Source: Haliotis rubra (taxonomy: Eukaryota). Taken from it: a DNA stretch of 64,000 nt. The notes beneath the pieces are model-generated. The model saw only the letters and a program-made list of their open reading frames with translations. It did not search any database and was not told where the DNA came from. Positions 24,901 through 36,595 of this stretch are shown piece by piece (within the stretch, counting starts at the first letter, position 1; the number at the start of each line of letters is the position of its first letter). The position numbers and the translations under genes were made by a program. The stretch lies in assembly GCF_003918875.1 (NCBI RefSeq), contig NW_025767035.1:3410001-3474000 (forward strand). The letters are read 5' to 3'.

Positions 24901-26794
24901 CAGCTGAGTGGAGCTCGCCTTGTGTACAGGAGGAGGACGTCCCCTTCACCTGAAGCATAGTAAACGGTTAATTATACTCATGAAAATTTAAATATATATA
25001 TGTGTGATAATTCCCAAAACACTAGATGTTGCATATGCTTTGAAACCAAATTCCGCGAAGTGGAATGGTAACTGTTACATATTTTACTCTGATTAACACC
25101 AAAAGAAAACAAATGAACATTTTGTGGAAATGTACGTGTAATCTTACAATTCAATACCCAGTTAAATGAGAAACTGCGTCACAATATGCATACACATTCA
25201 TGTTGCCAGCCAAAAACTGCTGTTTAAGATTGCACAATTAGAGACTAATTAGTGTCACCCACCCGGACCAAATTTCACGGTGAGCAGTGTAATCACTAAC
25301 CCGTGTACACTAATCCTCTTTAATCCCTTATCATAACTTTAGGGTGGTGGGTAAGTGAGAATGACCCGTGTCAACTAGTAACCGTCAATGGTCATGCTTG
25401 CACCCATGTTGCGACAAGATATCCCTGCATCATGCATGCCAGTAACTAGCATCCATATATGTTCTGAAAGTCTACTTCTTGCAATGTCAAGAAAGAGCAA
25501 TTGTAATACTGTCGTCATTTAAATAAGTTCAGAAAATTGTAGTGCACACATCTGCAATTATGAAATGTATACCCCAATGGTCTTCGCAGCACATGCGACA
25601 CATAGCTTTTGAGACCTGATCCCTGAAGATCCGGGTCTTGTCGTAAGAGGCTACTGACGGGATCCGTTGGTCAGGCTCACTGACTTGGTTGACACATGTT
25701 ATCGTATATCGTATAGATCGATGCTAATTATATGTTAATCACTCGATTTTCTGGTCCAGACTCGACTGTTTACAGACCGCCGCCATATAGTTGGAATATT
25801 GGTGAGTACGGCGTTAAACAACAACACAACCAACAACCAAACTTCGAGATCTTGTGTGAAGCATAGGCTTTGTATGTGCACAGCCTGTTGAAAAAATATA
25901 ATTGCCTTGTTTGTAAATAAACGTTGATTTGTACTCACACACTGTTCCCATCACATACATGTTGAAGATAATGAGCAGTGAGAAGAGGAAGAGAGTTCTC
26001 TTCTCTTGCCTATTCTTCATCACACAACGAGCAGACTCCTTGACAGATCCCAGAAACCAGTATGTGCAGACACTCTCACTCTCGGGTCTGGTTGTTCTGG
26101 CCGTTAGGTTCTCGAGACGTACGACAGCGTATACAAGTCCTAAGAAGGAACATCCACTCATGAACGCGAAGACGAATGTGAAGCTTGTATTGTCCAACAT
26201 CACTCCAGATATGAAGACTCCAACTGTTCCAGCTAAGAAGATAACAGCCTCCACGATTCCTATTCGCGCCGTCTTATTGGTGGGATCAGCAATGTGCGTC
26301 ACGTAGCTGTACGATGCCATTAGCAGGGCCGTGAAACTCCCAGACAGACCATTTACTACAGCAGCAATCATCACATACTCCACTTTACTTGAAGGGTAAA
26401 TGGAAAGAATCATATACACAATATAAGACAACGTTGCTCCCACACTGGGTATAATCACGGGTAGTTTCCGATCCACTTTGTCACCCCAGGATCCGAGGAC
26501 AAACAGTACAATCAAACATGCCGGAACACGTTCTACAATGTTTTTCTTTAAGATCCAGTAGGACGTCTCAGACTGGACATAATCCTCTTCTGTTTTGTGG
26601 TCCTCTTGGAATGTCTTGTTGCGCAGGCTGTCGCAGAAAGTCTCGTTGTATTTGTCAATGCACACTTTGTTATACACAAAGGCCTGGAAGGTTGGGTTTG
26701 TCAGAAAGTATCCGGTCATATAAAGAAACAAAACTGGCTCGACTGTTATGAGATTGAGATCGAACTGCCGTCGGCAACATCTAATAACAGCCAT
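21906..26794 (-). CDS. SLC46-family (PCFT/SLC46A3-like) MFS transporter, copy A, 485 aa (exons 26794-25939, 24949-24716, 24551-24468, 23231-23075, 22935-22847, 21943-21906)
   Basis: ITVEPVLFLY N-terminal motif, YNKVC, VQSETSYW, MFS motif A GSWGDKVDRK, SYVTH...RIGIVE, RSLMSNMVDQAEQGRLFG; GT-AG introns with consistent phases; 1458 nt open frame. Confidence 0.92.
23269..23464. mobile_element. Palindromic MITE-like insertion with about 70-bp near-perfect inverted arms
   Basis: Arms 23269-23338 and 23396-23464 are reverse complements; absent from the equivalent intron of copies B and C. Confidence 0.8.
25617..25835 (+). mobile_element. SINE-like retroposon, family 2 (internally deleted)
   Basis: CTTGTCGTAAGAGGC...GGTCAGGCTCACTGACTTGGTTGACACATG...GGAATATTG body shared with 40789-41061. 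Confidence 0.8.
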
Positions 26795-27311
26795 ATTTTG
26801 GACAAAATCTGAAAATAGAAATGTGACGTGTGATTTAATTACATTGGGTAAAGCTTATGTTATAAAACAACTAAAAACTCCAAAGCATATTAACAATCAT
26901 TCCTTTACACCCACTCATACCACCAAAGTGACAGTCACGAGTGTGAGAATAAAACGCGATAAACTGGGTTTTTCGACAAAACAAATCTATCACTGATGCA
27001 TTCTTATATACACTCGTATCCCATGGGACTCAGTACTCGTACTGCCCGTACTGCTGTCAATCGCCGTTCAATGTGGCCCTCGAGGACCGAAAACTTTATG
27101 AGTGCTCTGTACTGAAGCTTATCCATTTCTGCGTTTCAATAGGTGTACATGTGATTAGATGTCATGTGACCGGAAACTAGCGTTTACGTGAATGATATAA
27201 ACCATTTTTCAATATCATACAGTTATTTGTGTACTGTACATAACAGAAATATTTGTACTTCCACTCTATTGCATAATGCCATAAGAAATACACAATGCAA
27301 TTTAGAAAGTG

Positions 27312-27562
27312 AGTGAGGGAGTGAGTTAATATTTAACGTCACATCGGCAATATTTCAGCCATATCGTGACGAGAACATATTTGACATTGAAATGGAAAAA
27401 GGTGTACATAATAAAAACCTGTCATCAAAGGACAGTAAAACAACTAGAATATCACAATTACAATTAAAACTAGTGTAGAAAGTTAAAACTAATAGCACTA
27501 TTAGGACAATACAAGATAAAAACAGGCTATAGATCGCCAACAACCGAAGGTAGATCACCATC
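27312..27562 (-). mobile_element. 5'-truncated 3'UTR copy of the I/Nimb-group LINE family
   Basis: Homologous to 41770-42030; 12-bp TSD ATTTAGAAAGTG. Confidence 0.85.
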
Positions 27563-27739
27563 ATTTAGAAAGTGGTCAAATGTAACTTATGTTATATTTG
27601 GGATTACACCTTTTCAGTGAGATGAGGTGAGGTGAAATTTGGTTTAACGTCGTGCTTGAGTTCAGTAAGGTACTTCAGAAAGGAGATTAAGCCTAAACAT
27701 ACTTAAAATGTAAAAATTCGACGTCTCTGGATTTTGACG

Positions 27740-28085
27740 TCATGGGGAAGGGTCTACTGGTCGGACGAAAGTCGATGTGTTTTCTTCATGACTGATGGTC
27801 GAGTTCGAGTTTGGTGCCGAAGAACCACATCGTATGCAGAATGGAAAATATTGGAACAAGTACCGTTTGGCAGGGTTAATTGGTGGTGACTGGCTGTGAA
27901 CCTGACCTTGAGTCAATGAGATGAATTCTGAATAGACAACGAAACATTAATGCCAGTTTTCATAGACGTCAATGCCGTTTTTGATTTCTTACGTCAAGAG
28001 GCCTTAGCCAATGTAACTTGGCCCGCAATGAGTCCAGATCCCAATCCCACAGAGCATTATTTGGACATTATGGGAATATGAGATC
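27740..28085 (+). mobile_element. Tc1/mariner transposase relic
   Basis: Decayed WSDES, DGRVRVW and WPAMSPDPNPTEH motifs. Confidence 0.65.
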
Positions 28086-28124
28086 ATCTTGTACAAAAGC
28101 TTGATGTATTCAACGTCTGACACA

Positions 28125-28620
28125 GTCATTGGTCGGCGAACTGGCTAAAGCGCCAGGCTAGTGATCCAGCGAGCTTGAGGTGACGGGATCGAGCCCTCCT
28201 GTGACCGGGTGTAAAGACCTTGGAGTCAACTTTGTTTGCAAACTCTTTTAGTGTTGTCACAACTCCTAGTGTACAGTACACAACCCTGTGCACTTAAAAT
28301 AACCCACGAATCCGTTGGTAGATAACCAGATGGTGGCCACATGAATACGTGCAAACACCTAGTTGCGGGTACAGCAACGTGCAGTAAACTTGGACAAAGT
28401 ACTGTGACTATGTGTCCCAGTCCACCCAGCTGTGAATGGGTACCTCGTAAGGATGGGAAAGCCACACTCACTCGGTGCGCCTAGTAGCTGCAAGAGTTGT
28501 ATGATCCCCAGGAAGTTGAGATTGATAATACGACGTGCCGTTGAGATTGACATCCAGTGATCGAGGGAAAAAACAAAGCGCCTTTGAGCAGATGAACTGG
28601 ATATTGGCGCTATACAAATG
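28125..28620 (+). mobile_element. tRNA-derived SINE, family 3, with L2/CR1-type tail
   Basis: tRNA-like head (TGGCTAAAGCG...GGGATCGAGCCC), CCAGTCCACCCAGCTGTGAATGGGTACC core, AAAGCGCCTTTGAG...GGCGCTATACAAAT tail ending in (TGTC)n. Confidence 0.7.
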
Positions 28621-28713
28621 TCTGTCTGTCTGTCTGTATGTCTGTATGTATATTGTGTTCGGCTATTGATACTTTTCCTGATGTCTTGAGGATTGTATGT
28701 CTGTATGTCTGTA

Positions 28714-28744
<31 letters not shown>

Positions 28745-28973
28745 ATGTATGTATATTGTGTTCGGCTATTGATACTTTTCCTGATTTCTTTAGGATTATA
28801 TGTCTGTATGTCTGTCTGTCTGTCTGTCCGTCTGTATGTATGTATGTATGTATGTATGTATGTATGTATGTATGTATGCATGTATGTATGTCTGTCTGTC
28901 TGTATGTCTGTATGTCTGTATGTCTGTATGTATATTGTGTGCGGCTATTGATACTTGCGTGATGTCTTGAGGA

Positions 28974-29017
<44 letters not shown>

Positions 29018-29085
29018 ATGTATGTATGTATGTATGTATGTGTATATTGTGTTCGGCTATTGATACTTGCGTGATGTCTTGAGGA

Positions 29086-29125
<40 letters not shown>

Positions 29126-29316
29126 ATGTATGTATGTATGTATGTATGTGTATATTGTGTTCGGCTATTGATACTTGCGTGATGTCTTGAGGATTGTATG
29201 TATGTATGTCTGTATGTCTGTCTGTCTGTCTGTATGTCTGTCTGTCTGTCTGTCTGTATGTATGTGTATATTGTGTTCGGCTATTGATACTTGCATGATG
29301 TCTTGAGGATTGTATG
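28620..29316. repeat. Compound (TGTC)n/(TATG)n microsatellite with six copies of an about 48-bp unique block
   Basis: Block TATATTGTGTTCGGCTATTGATACTT..TGATGTCTTGAGGATT near 28650, 28752, 28931, 29043, 29151 and 29267. Confidence 0.92.
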
Positions 29317-29773
29317 TCAGAAGCTTGAAAATCCACCTTGTTATCGTCACACAACCATAGTGCCATCAGCACTACACAATGAGTAATTGTTTCTACCATG
29401 TTTGCTTCTCTGAATAAACCACAGTTTTTCGTTCTTTTTGGTGTTTAGATTTGCCAGTTCAATATATCTTGAGGGTAATCTTATCCATATTTAGTAAGAC
29501 TGAGGTTTAGATAAGTTTCTTTACTACTAGTGATATTATGAAAACATGGGGTGTTGAAATACATTTTGCCATGTGTATATTTTGCGGTTCAAAGTGCTAG
29601 TAGCTCATTAGAAAATTACATGCAGGTCTCTCTTAAGTTCATTCTCAAGTAGATTCAAATAACGTATTCTCCGTTACAGGAACTTAACCATTTTTGCCAG
29701 TAAGGATGTCCACTGTCCAAGTTAGAAATTCTAACCAGAAAGTGGTATTTTCCGTAACTTGGGGAAAAGGTAT

Positions 29774-31392
29774 TGTGGGACTAGCGTCGCCTTGTGCTAT
29801 ACAAAACGTTGGGAGACTAGACTTTGTGGGACTAGCGTCGCCTTGTGATGTACAAAACGTTGGAGGACTGGACGGTGTGGGACTAGCGTCGCCTTGTACT
29901 ATACAAAACTTTGGACGGCTAGATGTTGTGGGAATTGCGTCGCCTTGTGCGATACAAAACGTTGGGAGACTCTAAACGTTGTGAGACTAGCGTCGCCGTG
30001 TGCTATACAAAGCGTTGGAAGGCTAGACGTTGTGGGACTAGCGTCGCCTTGTGCTGTACGAAACGTTGTGGGACTAGCTAGACGTTGTGGGACTAGCGTC
30101 CCCTTGTGCTATACAAAACGTTGGGAGACTAGATGTCGTGGGACTAGCGTCGCCTTGTGCTATACAAAACGTTGCAAGACTAGACGTTGTGGGACTAGCG
30201 TCGTCTTGAGCTATACAAAACTTTGGAGGACTAGACGTTGTGGGACTAGCCTCACCTTGTGCTGTACAACGCGTTGTGGGACTAGCTAGACGTTGTGGGA
30301 CTAGCGTCGTCTTGTGCTATACAAAACGTTGCGAGACTCTAAACATTGTGGGACTAGCGTCGCCTTGTGCTATACAAAACGTTGGAGGGCTAGACGTTGT
30401 AGGACTAGCGTCGCCTTGTGCTATACAAAACGTTGGAGGGCTAGACGTTGTGGGACTAGCGTCGCCTTGTGCTATACCAAACGTTGGGAGACTAGACGTT
30501 GTGGGACTAGTGAGTGAGTGAGTTAATATTTATCGTCACATCGGCAATATTTCAGCCATGTCGTGACGAAAACAATTGATACAATATAAAAATGAAAAAT
30601 TGTGAAGAGTTAAACCTGTCAACGATGGACAGTAAAAATCCTAGAGTATTACAGATATGAATATAAAACTAGAATATCATTCTAAAGCATTTTAATTGAA
30701 GAAGACAGTACAATATAAAACACAGGCTATAGATCGCCAACAACTGAAGGTAGGTCACCATACTAGGGTCCATGGGGTCTTACAGTGCCTTTGCTACCTG
30801 CATGGACCTTAGTTGGAATAATTTAAAATAGCAAACATACTACGAGTAAAAAGTATGGTTGAGCAAAATTGACTTTGAAAGTTTTTGGGACTTACGTACC
30901 CTCTCAGTAGGACAAGAATTTTACGCTACTTCAACACCCTTTAAGGATACAGCCACGAACAATCTAAGTTGATAATCTGAACTACCAATTATAAAACTTT
31001 CTCTATTTACCAAACATATATCAAAATTCATTTAACAAATCTATCTCTTTTAAAAAATCAATGATTAAATGATTATTAAATTTAATTAAAAGGTCCTTTA
31101 CTGTTTTAATATTGAAATATTTATCCCTTATGATGGAGAATTCAACACAGTCAAGCAGGACATGCTTGACCGTGGTTCTCTCATCACAAGGGATCGTTGT
31201 GGGACTAGCGTCGCCTTGTGCTATACCAAACGTTGGACAGCTAGACGTTGTGGGACTAGCGCCGCCTTGTGCTATAGAAAACGTTGGAGGGCTAGACGTT
31301 GTAGGACTAGCGTCGCCTTGTGCTATAGAAAACGTTGGGAGACTCTAGACGTTGTGGGACTAGCGTCGCCTTGTGCTTTACTAAACGTTGGA
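29774..31392. repeat. 51-bp tandem repeat array interrupted by a LINE fragment
   Basis: Unit GTTGTGGGACTAGCGTCGCCTTGTGCTATACAAAACGTTGGGAGACTAGAC; arrays at 29774-30510 and 31195-31392. Confidence 0.95.
30511..31194 (-). mobile_element. 5'-truncated I/Nimb-group LINE copy (end of ORF2 plus 3'UTR)
   Basis: Homologous to 41770-42485 (IPCDERTTVKHVLLDC); CGTTGTGGGACTAG on both flanks. Confidence 0.9.
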
Positions 31393-31639
31393 AGTTAGTT
31401 ATTCACGCATACGAGGAACGTAAGAAATATTTTTCTTGTGCGATGAGCTTTGCTTTGTCTTGCACAAACGCTAATTGAACATGACGAAAGCAGCTTCTCT
31501 TTGTCCAATAGGCTAATGAAGAACAAACACACCCATGTTTTGTTCAAATGGCTTCGGCAGTTTCGAACTGCGTCTGTTATTAGTTATTACTGTAAACAAT
31601 GATACAAGAAGGAAGAGATCCATTTAACAGATAACTTAC

Positions 31640-31760
31640 CTCTTTCAATTTTGATGACAACTGAATTGGTGGAGTGAGAAATACGTGGGAACTTCAGACC
31701 ACCAGACACATTCACTGGTTAAGGCAATCTACTCTTTCACGAGCTATATATAAGAGCAGC
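31640..31760 (-). promoter_or_regulatory. Putative non-coding first exon and TATA box of SLC46 copy A
   Basis: AG|GTAAGT donor at 31639, TATATA upstream near 31745, conserved with 53185-53275; the first coding exon starts at a splice acceptor about 14 nt upstream of the ATG. Confidence 0.5.
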
Positions 31761-33239
31761 GAAAAGATAAACAATGATGTTAAGCAAGTCATTCTGGCGT
31801 GCCTTGTGGAGGGCCCTTGGATTGAAATGATAGATATGGACACCCCTCTGATACGACAGCTAAACACGATCCTCGTGTAGGTCAGTCCATGTCTTTCCAA
31901 TGTATTATCTGTGTCATGAACATGTGGTGACTTCAACCCCATTGTTTACAAATGTAATAATATCTGAAGGTCGAGATAGGTACGCCATGTTTGTTGTGAG
32001 AGGCGTTAAATGGCTTCTGGTGGTCAGGCTCGCTGTAATCGTATTCTAATTGCGAAGATCGATGCTCACGCTGTCAATTACTGGATTGATGGTCCAGACT
32101 AGATTATTTACACAACTCGTAATAATTGAATGGATTCAAAATATTTGTACTTATAGTAATTTCATATGGTAATCAAATAACGACAAATCGCTGTCAATAT
32201 TAAACAAAGATAACTTAGTGCTCACGTTAAAAACCAGTTCCTAAAGCATAAAAGGCAAAATACCAGTGACATCTATGTTCAGATTTTTAGAAAGTAATTC
32301 GCTCTTTCTTTTACGAATGTTCCAGATGTTTCAGAGTAGACAAATGTTGGCACGTTACAAGAATTGTAAGACCTTTGGGGGCTGTTTCTGTTAAGACGAC
32401 GCTTTAGATTTGTTGAACATTTACTTTACTTCTATGTTGTGGACACAAAACAATGCTTCGTAAACCAAGTCCAAGGCATTCACGAGTATTTACTAATTGA
32501 ACTTTCAGCACCAAATGGAATGTATGTTTAACTCTGATAACAAGACCATCTGGAGAAGTCCTATGTTCACCAGAAGGGAGTGCTTTCTACGCTGTTTCGT
32601 TTCCATGCGTCTGGTATCGACATTGGCGTTGATGGCAGATACCAATCTGACATTCCATTATCGTGACATGATGAGTCATCATCTAGATACCCAAATGACT
32701 TTCCGAAAGTTGTGAAATGTTATTTTCTATGTACACGTTCATGACTGATCACAGCCCCGCTCACACCCCACACCCCAACCCCACCGTACAGTATCAAGTA
32801 GTCAAATGGGGACAATGTACAGGAAGCGACCTTCACCTCTACGGACAGATATATCTGGGTTGTGACAGGGTCGTGGTGTTTTGATGACCCGCCTATTCAT
32901 ATATCCAGAATCCACCGTAGACATTCGCCTGCCGTTTACAACGTTCAACGCCCCTAGAGTAATGCTGTAAGGGAATCTACACCATATTATAGAACCGTAA
33001 GAGGCTACTAACATGATTGAGTGGACAGACACAAATATAGGTGATTCATGTCGATTGTGCGTTTCGATGCTTATGATGTCAGTCATCGGATTTTCTGGTG
33101 CATTCTCCACCATTTAAAGACCGCCAGCAATTAGCTGGAATATTACCGAGGGTGGCGTTAAAACCGTGTACTGAACTGGCGAACCTAACTCAGACATGAT
33201 AAAGAGTAATATCTGAGGTTGCACGTCTGACAACTGAAT

Positions 33240-33530
33240 GCGTGGGGATCAGGGTTAGAAATGGTCTTCAGCAAAGCAAAGGCTAGAATTTTCATTCACC
33301 TGAAAGAGTAAGAATATACTCCGAAACGTCTGGTCCATCACAAAAAAGAAGTTGACATCCCTAAAATTATTGTCTTAATGTGCATCACTTCTAAATGCCA
33401 TTCAAAGATTCAGCAACCCATACTTGCCGTAAGGATAAACATCGGGTGGTCAGACTCGCTGACTCGGTTGACACATGTAATCGTATTCTAGTTGCGTATA
33501 TCGATGCTCATGCTGTTGATCACAAGACAG
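33240..33530 (+). mobile_element. Family-2 SINE interrupted by a Penelope-like fragment (33275-33408)
   Basis: SINE head and body split by an insert flanked by duplicated TTCAGCAA. Confidence 0.6.
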
Positions 33531-35778
33531 TCTGGCATTGCAACAGCTATGATATTAACCCCCATGTTCCCATTTATGTTCATATATATTTATATAAATA
33601 TGTTTGTTTGTATTATCACTTTTACCCGTTGGAAGTGCTACGATTGAAAGTGAACATCACTTGCAATGTGTGTACCCGTCATTAAGCACATATCAAGTCT
33701 CAGTACACTGTTCTTACATAAAACATGGAGCCTCCTTAAGTGACAACTACTCCAATCTGGCAAGTGATTGGTATGAATAATGCTGTTCTGTCAGTGAGAG
33801 CTATGACAATGGATACTGGTTATAATCCGTCGACTGGCCAGAAACATCAGCATACTAATGACGTTAAAGACAGTCAGCAGTCAGGTCGACCATGAGTGAC
33901 AACTCCTGGGAATAATACATCCCATCTCTGAATCACAAAACATTATTTGTTCATATCAAGCGGCGTCTTTAAAACAGAGTGGCTTCCACTTCAGAACGCT
34001 CCGAAATTCCCGGGTATAAAGCCAGACGACCTGTGAGACGTCCGTTGTTATCCCAGGAGCATCATGACTATCTTGGTGTCAAGCTTGACTTCACTGGATT
34101 TTGAGGTCATGGGGAAGAGAGTACTGTCTTTAGGTCATGACTCACTGATGGTCTAACATGGCACGTACTGTTGATAACCTAGCTTTGAATGTACTGAATA
34201 TGACCGTGTCAAACGGGATACACATTCCCGTTGTTTTTTATGAATTATCAATTTTCGTGTAAGCATGGCTGCTTCGGCTCTCATCTGTGTTGGTTTGGTA
34301 GTGAATTTGATTTAAGTTTTGAAGTAAATGATAAATGGCAAGTATTTTTACAACTGTATTTTTATATAAAATTCAGGACTAGTTCAGTAACATTGCGGCG
34401 TGGGCACCAGACAAAAGTTTCACGCATTGTACTATTGTTAACCGAGCCTTTTAGGGGAAACAAGAAAACTTTTGAACCACTGGCCTACCACACAGCCGTC
34501 ATAAGGCCTGTAAATTTCGCGAGGCGCTTTTTCCGGTATTAAGGTGCTTTCCAGCTCCCTTTGCGCTCGCCACCTTGCAATATGCGAGGCGGGGCCCAGC
34601 TTAGTTCCGGTACCAGAGTTCCGGTGACAAGCGAGTATACAAGAACCTTCTGGTTCCAAATTGCGCGACCGCCAAAATGACATTACTAGATTGGACCCAG
34701 TGTACAACAATGCGTGGCAGTCACAGCCCTTGACAGTCGTAATAATTTGCTTATATGGGGATGGTTAGATCGGAAATTTGTTGCAAGGATTATCTTTTCC
34801 TTAATGTCAACTGACAACCACGAGACCATTCGAAAAGGTATGAAACGTTTGTCAGCGGAAGTACTAAGGTCTCGCGAAGTGCTGTGACCTACTTACGGAT
34901 CCTATATTTATCCTGTCCTTATCTTTATTATTTGAATATTTTGGACATGTGAACAGTGTACCACGACTATGAGTGGTAGCAAGAACAGTTAAGCCTCCAT
35001 TATCGCTGATTTGACATTACTGCCAAAGCGGTGTGTGGCAGCGGAGTGTTCAGCTTTGAAACGGTCCATTACATCCTGAATATGGCCTACCCAGGATCAC
35101 CTAAGGACAACACTTGCATATTTAAAGTTGGTGTTTCGTACGACTGCCTATTCTAATAAAAGTCTTTATTCCAACCCCAGAATATCGACTACATTTTAAA
35201 ACTTTAATTACTGAGCTACATGGCTTTAAAACATAAACAGCCTTAGGTAAATAGCATTTAAGGGATTTAAAAAACCCTTATCAATGATATTTACAAACAG
35301 ATTGTATTTGTGTTGGTTTTACCAATCAATGAATATGTTGAATATTTTTCAAATGTGGCCTGTTCACAATTCAAAGACTGCTGACACAAAATAGAACAAT
35401 CAAAGCAATAAAGACAGCATATACTGTGTTTAGAGTTTTCCTTTGCTGTGAAAATGGACTGTATGTGAGCGCTATTTTCTCTACGAACCCAGTCGTCCAA
35501 AGCAATGCTGTTGCACCTCCAATACTTGTACCACGATCTTTTGTCAGAATCACAAGAAAGAATCACCAGACAATTCAGTGATATAGACAGTATGAGCATC
35601 GACCTACGCAACTGGGATTCGATGACATGTGTCAAATAAGTCAGCGCGCCTGACCACCCGATACTTGGGTCTATTTGGACCTACAGCTACCTAGCTCGAT
35701 TTACATGCTACCTTCAGGTGTTGGTGATTGTTTAGCAAATTAGCTATACATTGAAAGGAACAACTATGCTACTTTTAA

Positions 35779-36595
35779 AGGTCACATGCAACCTAAAACA
35801 CAACTTTGCAGATTCTGATACCTTTCGGTATGGACTTACCGAAACAAATCATCAAAAATGCAAATTCAACTTATAAAGTTGAAAAATAACGCGATGAAAA
35901 AAACCCGCGCGAAATCGTAGTTCAAACGATTCACTAATTTTCCCCCAGCGTTTGGGGGGAATTCAAGTGGTTCCAACAGCTGGGCTGCGCTCATAGCACG
36001 TGCGCAGTGAAATAGGTTCGCGCAACTTGGAAGCTGGTTGTCCGGTGAATACTCGGTGAAGGCTTTGGTGTGAGCTATGTTTCTAATGTTTTGTTGATAT
36101 CTCAAAGGCCCGAGCTTTTTTATATGTAATGACAGTAAATTAACTGTTTATATAATTTCATTTGTCTATTTCACCACACGTTCTTCTTACCGAGTCACTT
36201 TCTCAGTTCGATACTTAAAAGCAATGTCATTATTTAGCGTGGACAGAATTTCTAACTGTTTTATAGATATGTCGTTGTCACAGACAAAACTCAATGTCTT
36301 GTTTTATTGACACCTGTGTGTCTGCCTGCCTGTCTGCTAATGACAATATTCAATACACAGCTGCTATCACTGACCACATGCAATTTGAACTAAACACCAA
36401 TCAGGCTATACACCATAAACAAAACGCATTGATTTATGGCCCGAGTTCGGTCTCTGTCACATTATGTAATTACACAGACAGGCAGGTGTGATACTTGAAC
36501 ACATGACATGTTATGATCACTGTTGATTGCGAAATGTTATACACAAAAAATGAGCATGTATTTAAAACATCTCTATATATACACACACAGTGAGC
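35779..36595. mobile_element. One end of a TTAA-targeting (Kolobok-like) DNA element, truncated
   Basis: TTAA followed by AGGTCACATGCAAC, similar to the terminus at 55382; second end not found. Confidence 0.35.

Noticed and set aside
25929-26306. Antisense ORFs conserved opposite all three SLC46 first exons
   Set aside because: Expected shadow of the paralogous sense coding sequence; no independent evidence.
28620-29316. CRISPR-like repeat-spacer pattern and the 346-aa ORF 28359-29399
   Set aside because: The spacers are simple microsatellites, there are no cas genes, and the context is eukaryotic; the ORF is low-complexity read-through.
29694-31398. ORFs with VVGLASPCAIQNVGRLD repeats
   Set aside because: Translation of a 51-bp tandem repeat with frame breaks and no splice or start support.
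33299-33330. Active hammerhead ribozyme
   Set aside because: The core reads CTGAAAGAG rather than CTGAnGA followed by stem II, and stems I and III could not be assigned; kept only as a degenerate Penelope-like motif.
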